Assembly (NCBI GenBank): GCA_034418415.1
Contig: DAOULS010000007.1
Location: 4,018-68,017, forward strand
DNA: 64,000 bases
Source: Dehalococcoidales bacterium
Lineage (GTDB): Bacteria; Chloroflexota; Dehalococcoidia; Dehalococcoidales; RBG-16-60-22
Direction: 5' to 3'
This document shows positions 38,734 through 47,084 of the stretch, piece after piece. The translations under genes were made by a program, and so were the position numbers. Within the stretch, counting starts at the first letter, position 1. The number at the start of each line of letters is the position of its first letter. The notes below the pieces were generated by a model that did no database searches, was not told where the DNA came from, and saw only the letters and a program-made list of their open reading frames with translations.

Positions 38734-39729
38734 TTACTTTGGCACGTTTTCGATGAGTTTTTGTGCAAATGAATTATACATACTGGAGTTGTATTGTTCA
38801 ATGTTTCCCTCGTCGCCGAGTTTAGCCAGCGCCGGGTCGATGGGCAGTTGCCCCAGCAGGGGAGCTTCGGCCGCCCGCGACATTTCCTCGCCGCGGCTTT
38901 TCCCGAAGAGCTCGATTTTCTTGTCTATCTCGGCCACATGCAGGTAGCTCATATTTTCGACGACGCCGAGGATGGACTTCCCCATCTGTCTCGCCATCTT
39001 GACCGCCTTGCGGACGACCATCGCCGTCAGGTCCTGCGGCGTGAAAACGATGATTATCCCCGATATCGGAATAGTTTGCAGTACAGTCAGCGGGGCGTCC
39101 GCCGTGCCCGGAGGCAGGTCGACAATCAGGTAGTCCAGGCTGCCCCAGAGCACCTCCTCCCAGAACTGCGTAATGGCGTGCCCGATAAGCGGTCCGCGCC
39201 AGATTACGGCATCGTCGTCACTCTGTAGCAGGAGATTGATGGACATTACCTCGATGCCGGAACGCGTTGGTACCGGCAAGAGGCCGCTTTCGCTCATGCC
39301 GGGACGACTATTGATGCCGAGCATCTTGGGTATGCTGGGGCCGGTTATATCGGCGTCCAGAATACCGACCTCATAGCCTTCGCGCTTTAGCGCCACTGCC
39401 GCCAGACTGGCAACCAGCGATTTGCCCACGCCGCCTTTACCGCTCATCACGGCGATAACATTCTTGATTTTATTCAGTTCTTTAGGTTTAATATCGGCGA
39501 AGTTAATGGCTACATCCTTCACACCATCCAGCTTTGCCACGTGTTCTTTAACGCTTTCCTGCAGCTGTTCCTGCGTTGTTTTCATCAAAGCCGCCGTAGC
39601 AATGGTAATATCGACCTTGCCGTCGGCCACGCTGACGTCCCGTACCAGGTTCATCTTTATAAGGCTGCGCTTGACATCGGGGACCAGCACTTTATCTAGT
39701 GTATTCTTGACTTCTTCCGGTGTTGGCAT
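38734..39729 (-). CDS. Mrp/NBP35/ApbC-family P-loop ATPase, cysteine-free variant
   Basis: 331 aa with a DUF59-like N-terminus, a deviant Walker A (VMSGKGGVGKS) and ...VDLPPGT.... Where Mrp proteins carry CxxC (ENMSxFxCPxCG), this one reads ENMSYLHVAEIDKK. I find no Cys anywhere in the translation. Confidence 0.8.
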   Translation of the reverse strand: MPTPEEVKNTLDKVLVPDVKRSLIKMNLVRDVSVADGKVDITIATAALMKTTQEQLQESVKEHVAKLDGVKDVAINFADIKPKELNKIKNVIAVMSGKGGVGKSLVASLAAVALKREGYEVGILDADITGPSIPKMLGINSRPGMSESGLLPVPTRSGIEVMSINLLLQSDDDAVIWRGPLIGHAITQFWEEVLWGSLDYLIVDLPPGTADAPLTVLQTIPISGIIIVFTPQDLTAMVVRKAVKMARQMGKSILGVVENMSYLHVAEIDKKIELFGKSRGEEMSRAAEAPLLGQLPIDPALAKLGDEGNIEQYNSSMYNSFAQKLIENVPK

Positions 39730-39752
39730 AAATCTCCTTCTAGTAAGTTAAT

Positions 39753-40304
39753 TTATTGTTTAACAAAGCTGCAGTTCATTTTTCCTTTTGCGGATAACTT
39801 AAAAAGACCCCCGCTCGTGATGCCGGATATTATCTCTTCTTCCTTGAGGTGATGGTCGTTAACGGATAAAACGCCTTCGGGCTTAAGTACTCTGTGCAAT
39901 TCTGCAAGGACTTCGTCTCGGTTCTCGAGTTCATGAAGAATATCGTAAAGCAGCACGATATCGATGCTTTCGTCCATCATTCCGGTATTGCAGTCGGAAG
40001 AGATAACCTGGACGTTGGAAAGTCCCTTTTTAGAAATCAAAGATTGTACCGTTTGTATCGCCATCGGATGTATGTCCAGTGCGTACAGCATGCCGCTATC
40101 GCCTATCAGTTTTATGACCGGCATGACGTAGCTGCCCGGACCGCAGCCGTAGTCGAGCACCCTTGAGCCCGGTTTAATCCCCACCTCCTTCAGGATACGG
40201 GAACGCGGCTTAAAAGCGTTCCTGATTCTAAAACCTAGGGACATAAATTTAAAGGCTAGGCTGGACTGGGTTTTGTGTTTATTTCCTGCTTCCTGTGTCG
40301 GCAT
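39753..40304 (-). CDS. Class I SAM-dependent methyltransferase
   Basis: 183 aa with motif I VLDYGCGPGSY and a post-I acidic residue (LYALD). Confidence 0.8.
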   Translation of the reverse strand: MPTQEAGNKHKTQSSLAFKFMSLGFRIRNAFKPRSRILKEVGIKPGSRVLDYGCGPGSYVMPVIKLIGDSGMLYALDIHPMAIQTVQSLISKKGLSNVQVISSDCNTGMMDESIDIVLLYDILHELENRDEVLAELHRVLKPEGVLSVNDHHLKEEEIISGITSGGLFKLSAKGKMNCSFVKQ

Positions 40305-40836
40305 AGGTATGCTCCTTGTGTTGATATGACGGCTTTCTCCTGATAACCCGTATCACTCCCAGGAAAATATTCATCCCCGGCACTCTTTGCATGTATCTAA
40401 CGTAATCGTCCCCGAACTTTTCCACCATGAGTTTATCTTCTTCTTTAATGCTCAAGTATATAACCACCGTGCCGATGACCCCCAGCACCGCGAAAAGCCA
40501 GTGCGGGTACCATAACAGCGTGGTAATGAATATTGAATATACGCCTCCCGTGTACTGCGGGTGTCTGATAACAGAATAGATGCCGGTATCCACCAGTTGA
40601 GTTGTGTGAACGAATGTTTTACCTTTCGGTACACCGCCCCGGCGCGGGAACATAATTATCGGGGCTAGAACCAGCGCAAACCCGAAAGCCCAGACAACCC
40701 ACCCGATAATGAACAGAGCAGGATGAAAATACGTATCCAGTACACCCGTCAGGACGAGGGGATTGGCCGGGAAGCAAGCAATCGCCAGCACGGTTATGAG
40801 AATCATCCATAGAATGTCTATTTTTGACCTTTTCAT
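40279..40836 (-). CDS. Isoprenylcysteine carboxyl methyltransferase (ICMT)/phospholipid methyltransferase-family membrane protein
   Basis: 185 aa, multi-TM, with ...GIYSVIRHPQYTGGVYSIFITTLLW... (the RHPxY signature). Confidence 0.7.
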   Translation of the reverse strand: MKRSKIDILWMILITVLAIACFPANPLVLTGVLDTYFHPALFIIGWVVWAFGFALVLAPIIMFPRRGGVPKGKTFVHTTQLVDTGIYSVIRHPQYTGGVYSIFITTLLWYPHWLFAVLGVIGTVVIYLSIKEEDKLMVEKFGDDYVRYMQRVPGMNIFLGVIRVIRRKPSYQHKEHTYADTGSRK

Positions 40837-40856
40837 CAGCCCATGTTTTTCAATCT

Positions 40857-41255
40857 CTAGTGCAATCTCTCCATCAGATTGGGCAATTTCCCCTGCAGAT
40901 ACAGGTTGACCGCCTCGTCGATATCCGCAATGTCGGTGACAACTGTTTCGATGCCCCGGTCTTTAAAGCTTTCATAGGCGCCCCACCCCATGCCCCCGGC
41001 GATGAGAACCTGGCAGTCCTCGATGCTTTGTGCCATAGCGGCGTGCCTCGACTGCGCGCCGGAGTCATAGCCGTGCCTTTCGCCCGGCGCCGCCTCGTGA
41101 TGCTGACCGCCTTGGAAGGTATGGTGCCCTGCCTTGTTTCTCGTTTCTTTGTTTATAATTTTACCGTCTTCCGCCGTTACTATCACATACAGCGACGCCC
41201 TCCCGAAATGCTGGCTGATAGTGGTCCCGTCATCAGATACTGCAGCAATTTTCAT
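40857..41255 (-). CDS. NifB/NifX-like (dinitrogenase FeMo-cofactor-binding fold) domain protein
   Basis: 132 aa: MKIAAVSDDGTTISQHFGRASLYVIVTAEDGKI...VLIAGGMGWGAYESFKDRGIE... It has a His/Gly-rich internal insert (HHTFQGGQHHEAAPGERHGYD). Confidence 0.7.
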   Translation of the reverse strand: MKIAAVSDDGTTISQHFGRASLYVIVTAEDGKIINKETRNKAGHHTFQGGQHHEAAPGERHGYDSGAQSRHAAMAQSIEDCQVLIAGGMGWGAYESFKDRGIETVVTDIADIDEAVNLYLQGKLPNLMERLH

Positions 41256-41270
41256 GATTGCTTTACTCCT

Positions 41271-41591
41271 TTACTTTACTATCAAATCGTATTTTGGCCG
41301 GCCTTTGTTCATGGAAATTTTCACCGATACCTGCTTTCCCTCGGCCAGATATTTTTCCGACTCTATACGTAGTCGTTCCGACTCCGGCGACTGCAGGAAT
41401 TTCACCAGGGCCTCATATTTGCGCTGAATATCATTATCAATCCCCCCCTCGCGCAGCATCAGCATCAGGCAGCTGTTCAGTTCATGCTCGCTAAGGCATT
41501 TCAGGCATTTGCCCGATATTTCGTTGGTTGAGTACTTCGGCTCGAGGTTGAAGGATTCTGTTTTACTCTTTTTCAGTTCATCATTACGCAT
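41271..41591 (-). CDS. Hypothetical protein
   Basis: 106-aa ORF in operon register, overlapping the CoA-binding gene by 19 nt. No family recognised and the start is uncertain. Confidence 0.4.
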   Translation of the reverse strand: MRNDELKKSKTESFNLEPKYSTNEISGKCLKCLSEHELNSCLMLMLREGGIDNDIQRKYEALVKFLQSPESERLRIESEKYLAEGKQVSVKISMNKGRPKYDLIVK

Positions 41592-41953
41592 ACGCTGTGC
41601 ACTACCTTCATGTTATTTTCGTTACAATAGGCTATCGCCGCCTCGCTCTCCGAACCGGGCTGGAGCCAGATACGGTTCAGTCCCAGTTCCTTGCACTGTT
41701 TCAGTATTTCTTCGGTCACCCCCGGCGGAACGACGAAGTCGACGACATCCACTTTAACCGGGATTTCAGCCAGGCCGGCGTAACAGGGCAGGCCTTCTAT
41801 CTCTTTCAGTCTGGGGTTCACCGGATAGACTTCATAGTCGCGCTTTTTCAGATTTTTAACAATCTGGTTGCCGTATTTCTCCGGATTGTCCGTAGCCCCG
41901 ATTACCGCGAATTTCTTCTGGGCCATAAATTCTTTAATCAGGTCCTGCATCAT
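41573..41953 (-). CDS. CoA-binding domain protein (YccU-like)
   Basis: 126 aa: ...KKFAVIGATDNPEKYGNQIVKNLKKRDYEVYPVNPRLKEIEGLPCY...VDFVVPP...RIWLQPGSES... Confidence 0.75.
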   Translation of the reverse strand: MMQDLIKEFMAQKKFAVIGATDNPEKYGNQIVKNLKKRDYEVYPVNPRLKEIEGLPCYAGLAEIPVKVDVVDFVVPPGVTEEILKQCKELGLNRIWLQPGSESEAAIAYCNENNMKVVHSVCVMMN

Positions 41954-41962
41954 TGCCCCCCG

Positions 41963-42199
41963 CTAGTTCCTGCGGCAGTGGCCTCCGTCTGAACAGGGCG
42001 GTTTCTCGCACCGCTCTTCACGACCGCAGCAGGTCTTGCCGGAATTACTCGTGTTTTTTAACAGGCTGGGAGACGTTATCAGTCTGGTCATTTCACTCCC
42101 GCATTCTGGGCATTCAGGCTCTTTGGGACTGAAGAAGCCCTGCACCAGCACTTCGGAGACATGCCCGCAGGACTTGCACTTATATTCGTAAATCGGCAT
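41963..42199 (-). CDS. FmdB-family zinc-ribbon protein with a Cys-rich tail
   Basis: Track ORF trimmed to MPIYEYKCKSCGHVSEVLVQGFFSPKEPECPECGS...GKTCCGREERCEKPPCSDGGHCRRN (78 aa). Confidence 0.75.
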   Translation of the reverse strand: MPIYEYKCKSCGHVSEVLVQGFFSPKEPECPECGSEMTRLITSPSLLKNTSNSGKTCCGREERCEKPPCSDGGHCRRN

Positions 42200-42212
42200 T
42201 TTCCCCCTCATT

Positions 42213-43067
42213 TTACAGCTTATTAACAATTTTGTCCCATAATGCCGCAATTTCATGAGAGAGGCCGTTTTTGGAATACTCGACTACCGGTACTCCCTTT
42301 ATCATTGCCTCGGTAACGACATTATCGTAAGGAATCCTTGATACTGTTCCCATTCCCTGCTTTTTGCAGTAGTCCTCTATTTTATCGGCGTTGCTTTCAT
42401 TGATATCGTATTTGTTGATGCAGACCAGCGCCGGAACACCGAAGTGCCGGCAGACCTCGTGTACCCTTTCCAGGTCGTGTATGCCGGATAGCGTGGGCTC
42501 CGTAACCAGCAGCGCCATGTCGGCCCCTGAAAGTGACGATATCACCGGGCAGCCGATGCCGGGCGGGCCGTCGCTGATGATATAGTCGGCGTTCTTTTTC
42601 TCCGCCAGTTCCCTGGCTTTCTGCCTGACCAGCGCCACCAGCTTGCCGGAGTTTTCCTCGGCGATGCCCAGTCGCGCGTGGACCAAATCTCCGTACCTGG
42701 TTTTGGAGATAAACCAGTGCCCCGCCATGTTGTCCGTCATCGTAATCGCGTCGGCGGGGCATATGTGCGAGCAGAACCCGCAGCCCTCGCAGGAAATTGG
42801 GTCGACTTTATAGTCTTTGATTGCGTTGAAGCGGCATAATTCCTGGCAAAGTCCGCATTGCGTGCATTTATCTTCATCGATAGTAGCGACCTGCCCGCTC
42901 CAGAACTCGTTTTTCTCTTGAGTATCCGGCTGTAGCAGCAGGTGAAGGTCGGCGGCATCGACATCGCAGTCCGCCAGCACCTTGTTCTTTGCCAGCGAGG
43001 CAAAAGAACCGACGATGCTGGTCTTGCCCGTGCCTCCTTTACCGCTTAAGACTACTACTTCTTTCAT
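42213..43067 (-). CDS. MinD/ParA-superfamily P-loop ATPase with an inserted 2x[4Fe-4S] ferredoxin domain
   Basis: 284 aa with LSGKGGTGKTS, then CTQCGLCQELC and CEGCGFCSHICP inserted between the P-loop and ...DGPPGIGCPV.... Confidence 0.85.
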   Translation of the reverse strand: MKEVVVLSGKGGTGKTSIVGSFASLAKNKVLADCDVDAADLHLLLQPDTQEKNEFWSGQVATIDEDKCTQCGLCQELCRFNAIKDYKVDPISCEGCGFCSHICPADAITMTDNMAGHWFISKTRYGDLVHARLGIAEENSGKLVALVRQKARELAEKKNADYIISDGPPGIGCPVISSLSGADMALLVTEPTLSGIHDLERVHEVCRHFGVPALVCINKYDINESNADKIEDYCKKQGMGTVSRIPYDNVVTEAMIKGVPVVEYSKNGLSHEIAALWDKIVNKL

Positions 43068-43905
43068 CTACCAGTTCCTGTATTCGTTCGAAGAGCGACG
43101 CAAACCTTTCCTGCCACTGGGGCATTCCTTCTGCCAGCGTGATGCCCCTGGAATATAGTCGCGCTATTTCACTGTCCAGCGGGATAGTTAGCAATACCGG
43201 GACATTTTGTTCGCGACAGTATTCTTCAAGTTTCCCTTGATTGCCGCCGGCGCGGTTGATAACAATCCCGCATGGAATCTTAAGTTTCTTGACCGTTTCC
43301 ACCGCCAGGGTGAGGTCGTTTAGCCCGAAGGGCGTGGGTTCGGTGACCAGCAGGCAGAAATCGCTGTCCTTGACGGATTCCACCACAGGGCAGGAAGTCC
43401 CCGGCGATACGTCGATAATAACGGTGTTATCGGGGCTGACCTTTTCCTTGACCTTCCTGATAACCGGGGTCGGCATGGCCTCCCCCGTATTCAGCCTCCC
43501 CTGGACGAAATCAATGTTGCCGGCCTGACCGGATTCCACCACGCCGATTATCATATCCTCTTCGGCGATTGCCTTTTCCGGGCAAAGGTAGCTGCAGGCG
43601 CCGCAGCCGTGGCAGAGGTTCGCCAGAACCAGCACGTTCTTGGGTAAAACAGCGATGGCGTTATAAGCGCAGATGTCGCTGCACTTGCCGCAAAACGTGC
43701 ACTTCGTCTCGTCGACATGCGGTACGGGTATGGCTACCGCTTCCTTCTTGTTGATAACCGGCTTGAGAAACAGGTGGTCGTTCGGCTCCTCGACGTCACA
43801 ATCGACGATTTGCAGCCTGCATTTATCTTTCAGCGAGACCGCCAGACTGGTTGCTACCAGGGTCTTGCCGGTGCCGCCTTTACCGCTGGCAACCGAGATT
43901 ATCAT
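43039..43905 (-). CDS. MinD/ParA-superfamily P-loop ATPase with an inserted 2x[4Fe-4S] ferredoxin domain (paralog)
   Basis: 288 aa with ASGKGGTGKT, CTFCGKCSDIC, CHGCGACSYLCP and ...DVSPGTSCPV.... It overlaps its paralog by 29 nt. Confidence 0.85.
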   Translation of the reverse strand: MIISVASGKGGTGKTLVATSLAVSLKDKCRLQIVDCDVEEPNDHLFLKPVINKKEAVAIPVPHVDETKCTFCGKCSDICAYNAIAVLPKNVLVLANLCHGCGACSYLCPEKAIAEEDMIIGVVESGQAGNIDFVQGRLNTGEAMPTPVIRKVKEKVSPDNTVIIDVSPGTSCPVVESVKDSDFCLLVTEPTPFGLNDLTLAVETVKKLKIPCGIVINRAGGNQGKLEEYCREQNVPVLLTIPLDSEIARLYSRGITLAEGMPQWQERFASLFERIQELVDERSSSLKR

Positions 43906-43906
43906 G

Positions 43907-44104
43907 CTAGCCTCTTATCATTTTAGCGCCGCATTTGGGGCAGCTCATGTTATAACAGGGCGTGCCTCTCTGGTGGGGCGCCCTTGCGCCGCAGCTGGGG
44001 CATACGCAGTCGCCGCCGGGCCCCAGACCGGGACGGTTGCCTCCCATCCTGCCCCCTCTTTGACCACGACCGGTCGGCGGGCCGGTGCCGTCTCCTCTTG
44101 GCAT
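43907..44104 (-). CDS. DUF5320 family protein (Gly/Arg-rich N-terminus plus zinc ribbon)
   Basis: 65 aa: MPRGDGTGPPTGRGQRGGRMGGNRPGLGPGGDCVCPSCGARAPHQRGTPCYNMSCPKCGAKMIRG. MPRGDGTGP is the hallmark start of the family as I recall it. Confidence 0.7.
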   Translation of the reverse strand: MPRGDGTGPPTGRGQRGGRMGGNRPGLGPGGDCVCPSCGARAPHQRGTPCYNMSCPKCGAKMIRG

Positions 44105-44176
44105 GATTAATACCTCCAGAACCTGTTCTTTTAACCTGTTTATATTTGCCTGATGAATATCGATATATTGTTTAAA

Positions 44177-44641
44177 TTAGTAAGTATGTAATTCAGGATG
44201 GGTTTTAGCATGCTCGACAATGGGACCTTTGGCAATCATGGCTAACCCGACATAGCTTCCCCGTCCCGAAAGTAAATTATCTCCCGGCTTGATGCCGTAG
44301 GCGTCAAGTGTTTGACGACCGAGTATTATCATATTATTTTCTCGGATTTTAACCCAGCAGTATTTTCTCTTCTTGAACTCGATGGGCTTTCCCTCATCGA
44401 TTTGAAAGTTATTCAGGTCCGGATATACTGTGAAAACACCACCCAGAGATGATTGCTCCAACATTTGCTTGCGGGCAATTATAAAGCCTCCCGAGGTTTT
44501 GCTCCCGGATAGAAGGATTACATTCATACCCGGAATTAGTCTGTATTCTTCTACGGCTTCGGCGGGGATAACGATACCCCCCTTCTCGCTGATTCGCGAC
44601 CAGCCGAAAACGTACTTGCCTCCCTTTACTAATTGCGGCAT
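44177..44641 (-). CDS. Hypothetical protein with two AbrB/SpoVT-like swapped-hairpin motifs
   Basis: 154 aa. GGIVIPAEAVEEYRLIPGMNVILL and MIILGRQTLDAYGIKPGDNLL resemble AbrB/MazE-type DNA-binding repeats. This is a weak call. Confidence 0.4.
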   Translation of the reverse strand: MPQLVKGGKYVFGWSRISEKGGIVIPAEAVEEYRLIPGMNVILLSGSKTSGGFIIARKQMLEQSSLGGVFTVYPDLNNFQIDEGKPIEFKKRKYCWVKIRENNMIILGRQTLDAYGIKPGDNLLSGRGSYVGLAMIAKGPIVEHAKTHPELHTY

Positions 44642-44683
44642 ATATTAACTATTCCAGCAGCCAAAGCCCCATTATTCTGGTGT

Positions 44684-45160
44684 TTATTGCCCGCCTATAC
44701 CTCCGCCACCTCCCATTCCTCTGCCGCCACCCATACCTCTTCCACCGCCCATGCCTCGGCCACCTCCCATTCCTCTACCTCCACCCATGCCTCTGCCGGA
44801 GCCGAAATGTGCATTGACATTGGGTTGGGAACCGGCTTTCAGCTTGTCAGTCTTGAAGTTTTCTATGGCATCCTTAACTTTACCCGTAACTCCGGTGATG
44901 ATTTTTATACCGGCGCCCGAAAGCACCTGGTAGGCGTTGGGTCCGCAGTTGCCGGTGAGTACTACCTCGACGCCTTTACCGGCGATGTTCTGCGCCGCCG
45001 ATATCCCTGCGCCTCCCCCCGCCATCATCGAAGAATTTTCCAGCGCCTCAAATTCCATTGTGTCCGGGTCGACGATAATGAAATACTGGCACCGCCCGAA
45101 ACGCGGGTCGATTTCTGCATCCAGATTAGGGGCAGTCGATGTTACTACAATTTTCATCAC
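44684..45160 (-). CDS. NifB/NifX-like domain protein with a C-terminal (GRGMGG)x5 tail
   Basis: 158 aa: MMKIVVTSTAPNLDAEIDPRFGRCQYFIIVDPDT...VVLTGNCGPNAYQVLSGAGIKII..., then GSGRGMGGGRGMGGGRGMGGGRGMGGGRGMGGGGGIGGQ. Confidence 0.75.
   Translation of the reverse strand: MMKIVVTSTAPNLDAEIDPRFGRCQYFIIVDPDTMEFEALENSSMMAGGGAGISAAQNIAGKGVEVVLTGNCGPNAYQVLSGAGIKIITGVTGKVKDAIENFKTDKLKAGSQPNVNAHFGSGRGMGGGRGMGGGRGMGGGRGMGGGRGMGGGGGIGGQ
44710..44799 (-). repeat. Five tandem 18-nt coding repeats (GRGMGG units)
   Basis: Plus-strand units are cctcccattcctctgccg, ccacccatacctcttcca, ccgcccatgcctcggcca, cctcccattcctctacct and ccacccatgcctctgccg. The DNA differs only at synonymous positions, so the peptide repeat is perfect. 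Confidence 0.9.
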
Positions 45161-45463
45161 TTACTCCTTGCTTGAAGTTTTACTCTTCTCCAGTTCCTTT
45201 ATCCGGCGCTCGATGTCCGCCAGCTGCTGCCTGGTGGCTTCCGCCTGGCTCTTCAAAAGGTCGAGCTCTTCGCCTTGAGCAGGCGCCGCTGTAAATGGAG
45301 CATTGGCATCGTAGGGGAACGACGTTCTCGATAAGCCCGGATAGGCACAGCGGGGTAAGCCGCCTCTGCCTCTGCCAACATAAGGATAAGGGGGAGAACT
45401 CCCTCTGAATCCAAATCCGGCGCCGCCTCTGCCTCCAGACCCTCTACCCATTCCGTAAACCAT
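45161..45463 (-). CDS. DUF5320 family protein (Gly/Arg-rich N-terminus plus C-terminal coiled coil)
   Basis: Track ORF trimmed to the ATG at 45463 (AAGGAGGTG upstream): MVYGMGRGSGGRGGAGFGFRGSSPPYPYVGRGRGGLPRCAYPG...LDLLKSQAEATRQQLADIERRIKELEKSK. Confidence 0.65.
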   Translation of the reverse strand: MVYGMGRGSGGRGGAGFGFRGSSPPYPYVGRGRGGLPRCAYPGLSRTSFPYDANAPFTAAPAQGEELDLLKSQAEATRQQLADIERRIKELEKSKTSSKE

Positions 45464-45522
45464 ATTCACACCTCCTTGTGCTTTTGCTATTTTTGAGGCA
45501 CACGGCCTCGATATAATCCTTA

Positions 45523-45849
45523 TCAGCCGCAATACAGCGGCAGGTTTTTCTCGCCGGTTAATAAATGAAGGTGCCCGCTGTTGCAGACAGGGCATTTACG
45601 GTTCTTATCTTCCGTGGGACTCTTGGGGATAGGCATGCTGAACTTGTACTTGCATTGCTGGCATTCATAGTCCCACATTTTGGTTTCAAAGATGTTCCTG
45701 CCGGAGCCCAGCGGCGCCCAGGGCGGGGCGTCCATAATATCAACACCGCAGCACGCCGGGCATTTTATTTTCTTATCTGGAGAAGGACTGTCGGGGACAG
45801 CATGGTCGAACACATTCAAACACTGCTTGCACAAAAACCGACGTTCCAT
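45523..45849 (-). CDS. Tandem zinc-ribbon protein
   Basis: 108 aa with two CxxC...CxxC units (CKQC...CPAC and CQQC...CPVC). Confidence 0.6.
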   Translation of the reverse strand: MERRFLCKQCLNVFDHAVPDSPSPDKKIKCPACCGVDIMDAPPWAPLGSGRNIFETKMWDYECQQCKYKFSMPIPKSPTEDKNRKCPVCNSGHLHLLTGEKNLPLYCG

Positions 45850-45853
45850 AATA

Positions 45854-46582
45854 CTAGCCGTCCTTTCTCATGGTCAGTAATTCAAGGCCTGATATTTGAC
45901 GGAATGTCGCTCCTTGACTCACATAGCGGAGCACCGCTTCACTGTCGATTACCTTTGTCCCGGATACGGCGTCGATGCCGTAGTCGAAGAGGACCGGCGA
46001 TAACGGGGCTGTCCCTCCGAGGATGACGACGTACGCTGCCGGACTGCATAAGCCGAGTAGATATTCAAGGGTATGGTTGGTAAAAGCCGTCCCGGTGATG
46101 CCGATAACGTCCGCCTTGGGGAGATATTTGGCGGACTCCTTTTCCGGGAGGTCGTTTTCCTGCGGATTTTTCTCGATTACCCAGAGCTCTTTGGTGGTTT
46201 GCCGCAGCCCCTTCACAAACGGGAAATGCCCGATTATTGCCACCCTTTTTCCTTCGCCCTTGCTGGCAATAAGGTCGCCGGCGTTTAGCTTCACACAGCG
46301 CTTTTCGTCTATGTCAACCAGTGAGTTTATGGTGGCCATGCCGATAGCCGCTTCAACGGCACTGCGTGAATTAGCCATACCAGCGAGTTCCCGGGCGTCT
46401 TTTTCCAGCAGCCGGCCGGCGTCGGCAACCGGCGACTTTTTGTGGTGCGGTCCCTGGTCGTGGGGCGTGGAAGCCAGCCCGCACCGTCCGGTCACTACCG
46501 CCGTCTGGAAAGGCCCCATGCGTATGTCTTTAACCGGGGTCCCGTATTCCAGCGTTGCCAGTATGTCGTTGATTATTTTCAT
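45854..46582 (-). CDS. DUF4213/DUF364 protein (Rossmann-like, 'putative heavy-metal chelation')
   Basis: 242 aa: ...VKDIRMGPFQTAVVTGRCGLAST..., ...RVAIIGHFPFVKGL..., ...DVIGITGTAFTNHTLEYLL... Confidence 0.65.
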   Translation of the reverse strand: MKIINDILATLEYGTPVKDIRMGPFQTAVVTGRCGLASTPHDQGPHHKKSPVADAGRLLEKDARELAGMANSRSAVEAAIGMATINSLVDIDEKRCVKLNAGDLIASKGEGKRVAIIGHFPFVKGLRQTTKELWVIEKNPQENDLPEKESAKYLPKADVIGITGTAFTNHTLEYLLGLCSPAAYVVILGGTAPLSPVLFDYGIDAVSGTKVIDSEAVLRYVSQGATFRQISGLELLTMRKDG

Positions 46583-46597
46583 GGTAAAAATGCCTTA

Positions 46598-47071
46598 CTA
46601 TGATATATCTCTGGTGCTTTTACCGCGTCCTCTGCCTCTGCCCCTTGTGCTCTGGCTGTTTCCAAGCGAAGGTACCGGTTCCACATCGGGCAAACGGCAA
46701 ACTGGGCAGAGTTCCGGCGGCACCCCGACCGGCTTGTCCAGTTCCCATTCGTGTCCCCGGTGACAGCGGAAACGACGCCAGCTCATCTCAAAATTACCGC
46801 CCTCGATCCTGATAGCCTTACCGTTAAGAATTACATCAGCCAACTTTTGCCGCGCCGAGGCCAGTACCCGCTGGAAGGTAGGGCGGGAGATGTTCATCTT
46901 TTTGGCTCCCTCCTCCTGCTCCAGGCCCTCCAGGTCTTTAAGTCGTATCGCTTCAGCCTCTTCAACGGACAAGCGCACTTCAGTCAGTTCTCTTAGCGGG
47001 GCTCCGGCTGGCTTGAAATAGGTTACGTCAGGCACATATTCTACACGGCGGTATTTACGCGGTCGGGACAT
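46598..47071 (-). CDS. DUF134 (UPF0251) putative transcriptional regulator with a C-terminal zinc-ribbon/RG extension
   Basis: 157 aa: MSRPRKYRRVEYVPDVTYFKPAGAPLRELTEVRLSVEEAEAIRLKDLEGLEQEEGAKKMNISRPTFQRVLASARQKLADVILNGKAIRIEGG, a close match to my memory of the DUF134 consensus. It continues ...CHRGHEW...CPVC...RGRGRGRGK. Confidence 0.8.
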   Translation of the reverse strand: MSRPRKYRRVEYVPDVTYFKPAGAPLRELTEVRLSVEEAEAIRLKDLEGLEQEEGAKKMNISRPTFQRVLASARQKLADVILNGKAIRIEGGNFEMSWRRFRCHRGHEWELDKPVGVPPELCPVCRLPDVEPVPSLGNSQSTRGRGRGRGKSTRDIS

Positions 47072-47084
47072 ATTCCCTCCTGAA

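Noticed and set aside
42213-43905. Pair of MinD/ParA ATPases as a plasmid or chromosome partition (ParA) system, or as cell-division MinD
   Set aside because: Both carry an inserted double CxxCxxCxxxC ferredoxin domain. There is no parB, parS or minCE, and they are embedded in a metal/Fe-S gene context.
44710-44799. Possible CRISPR or other non-coding tandem array (also the imperfect repeats at about 18100-18290)
   Set aside because: Both lie inside long ORFs and encode peptide repeats (GRGMGG, and the Pro/Thr linker of the surface protein). There is no spacer/repeat alternation and no cas genes.
40857-45160. NifX/NifB-like domains as evidence of nitrogen fixation
   Set aside because: No nifH, nifDK, nifEN or radical-SAM NifB is in the window. 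These small NifX-fold proteins occur widely in non-diazotrophs, so only a generic cofactor-carrier role is proposed.
46023-46763. 246-aa plus-strand ORF opposite the DUF364 and DUF134 genes
   Set aside because: It crosses a gene boundary of two recognisable minus-strand genes and is Ser/Pro-rich nonsense. It is a shadow ORF. The same reasoning applies to 61281..62003, 62291..62968, 19565..20221 and 54675..55193.
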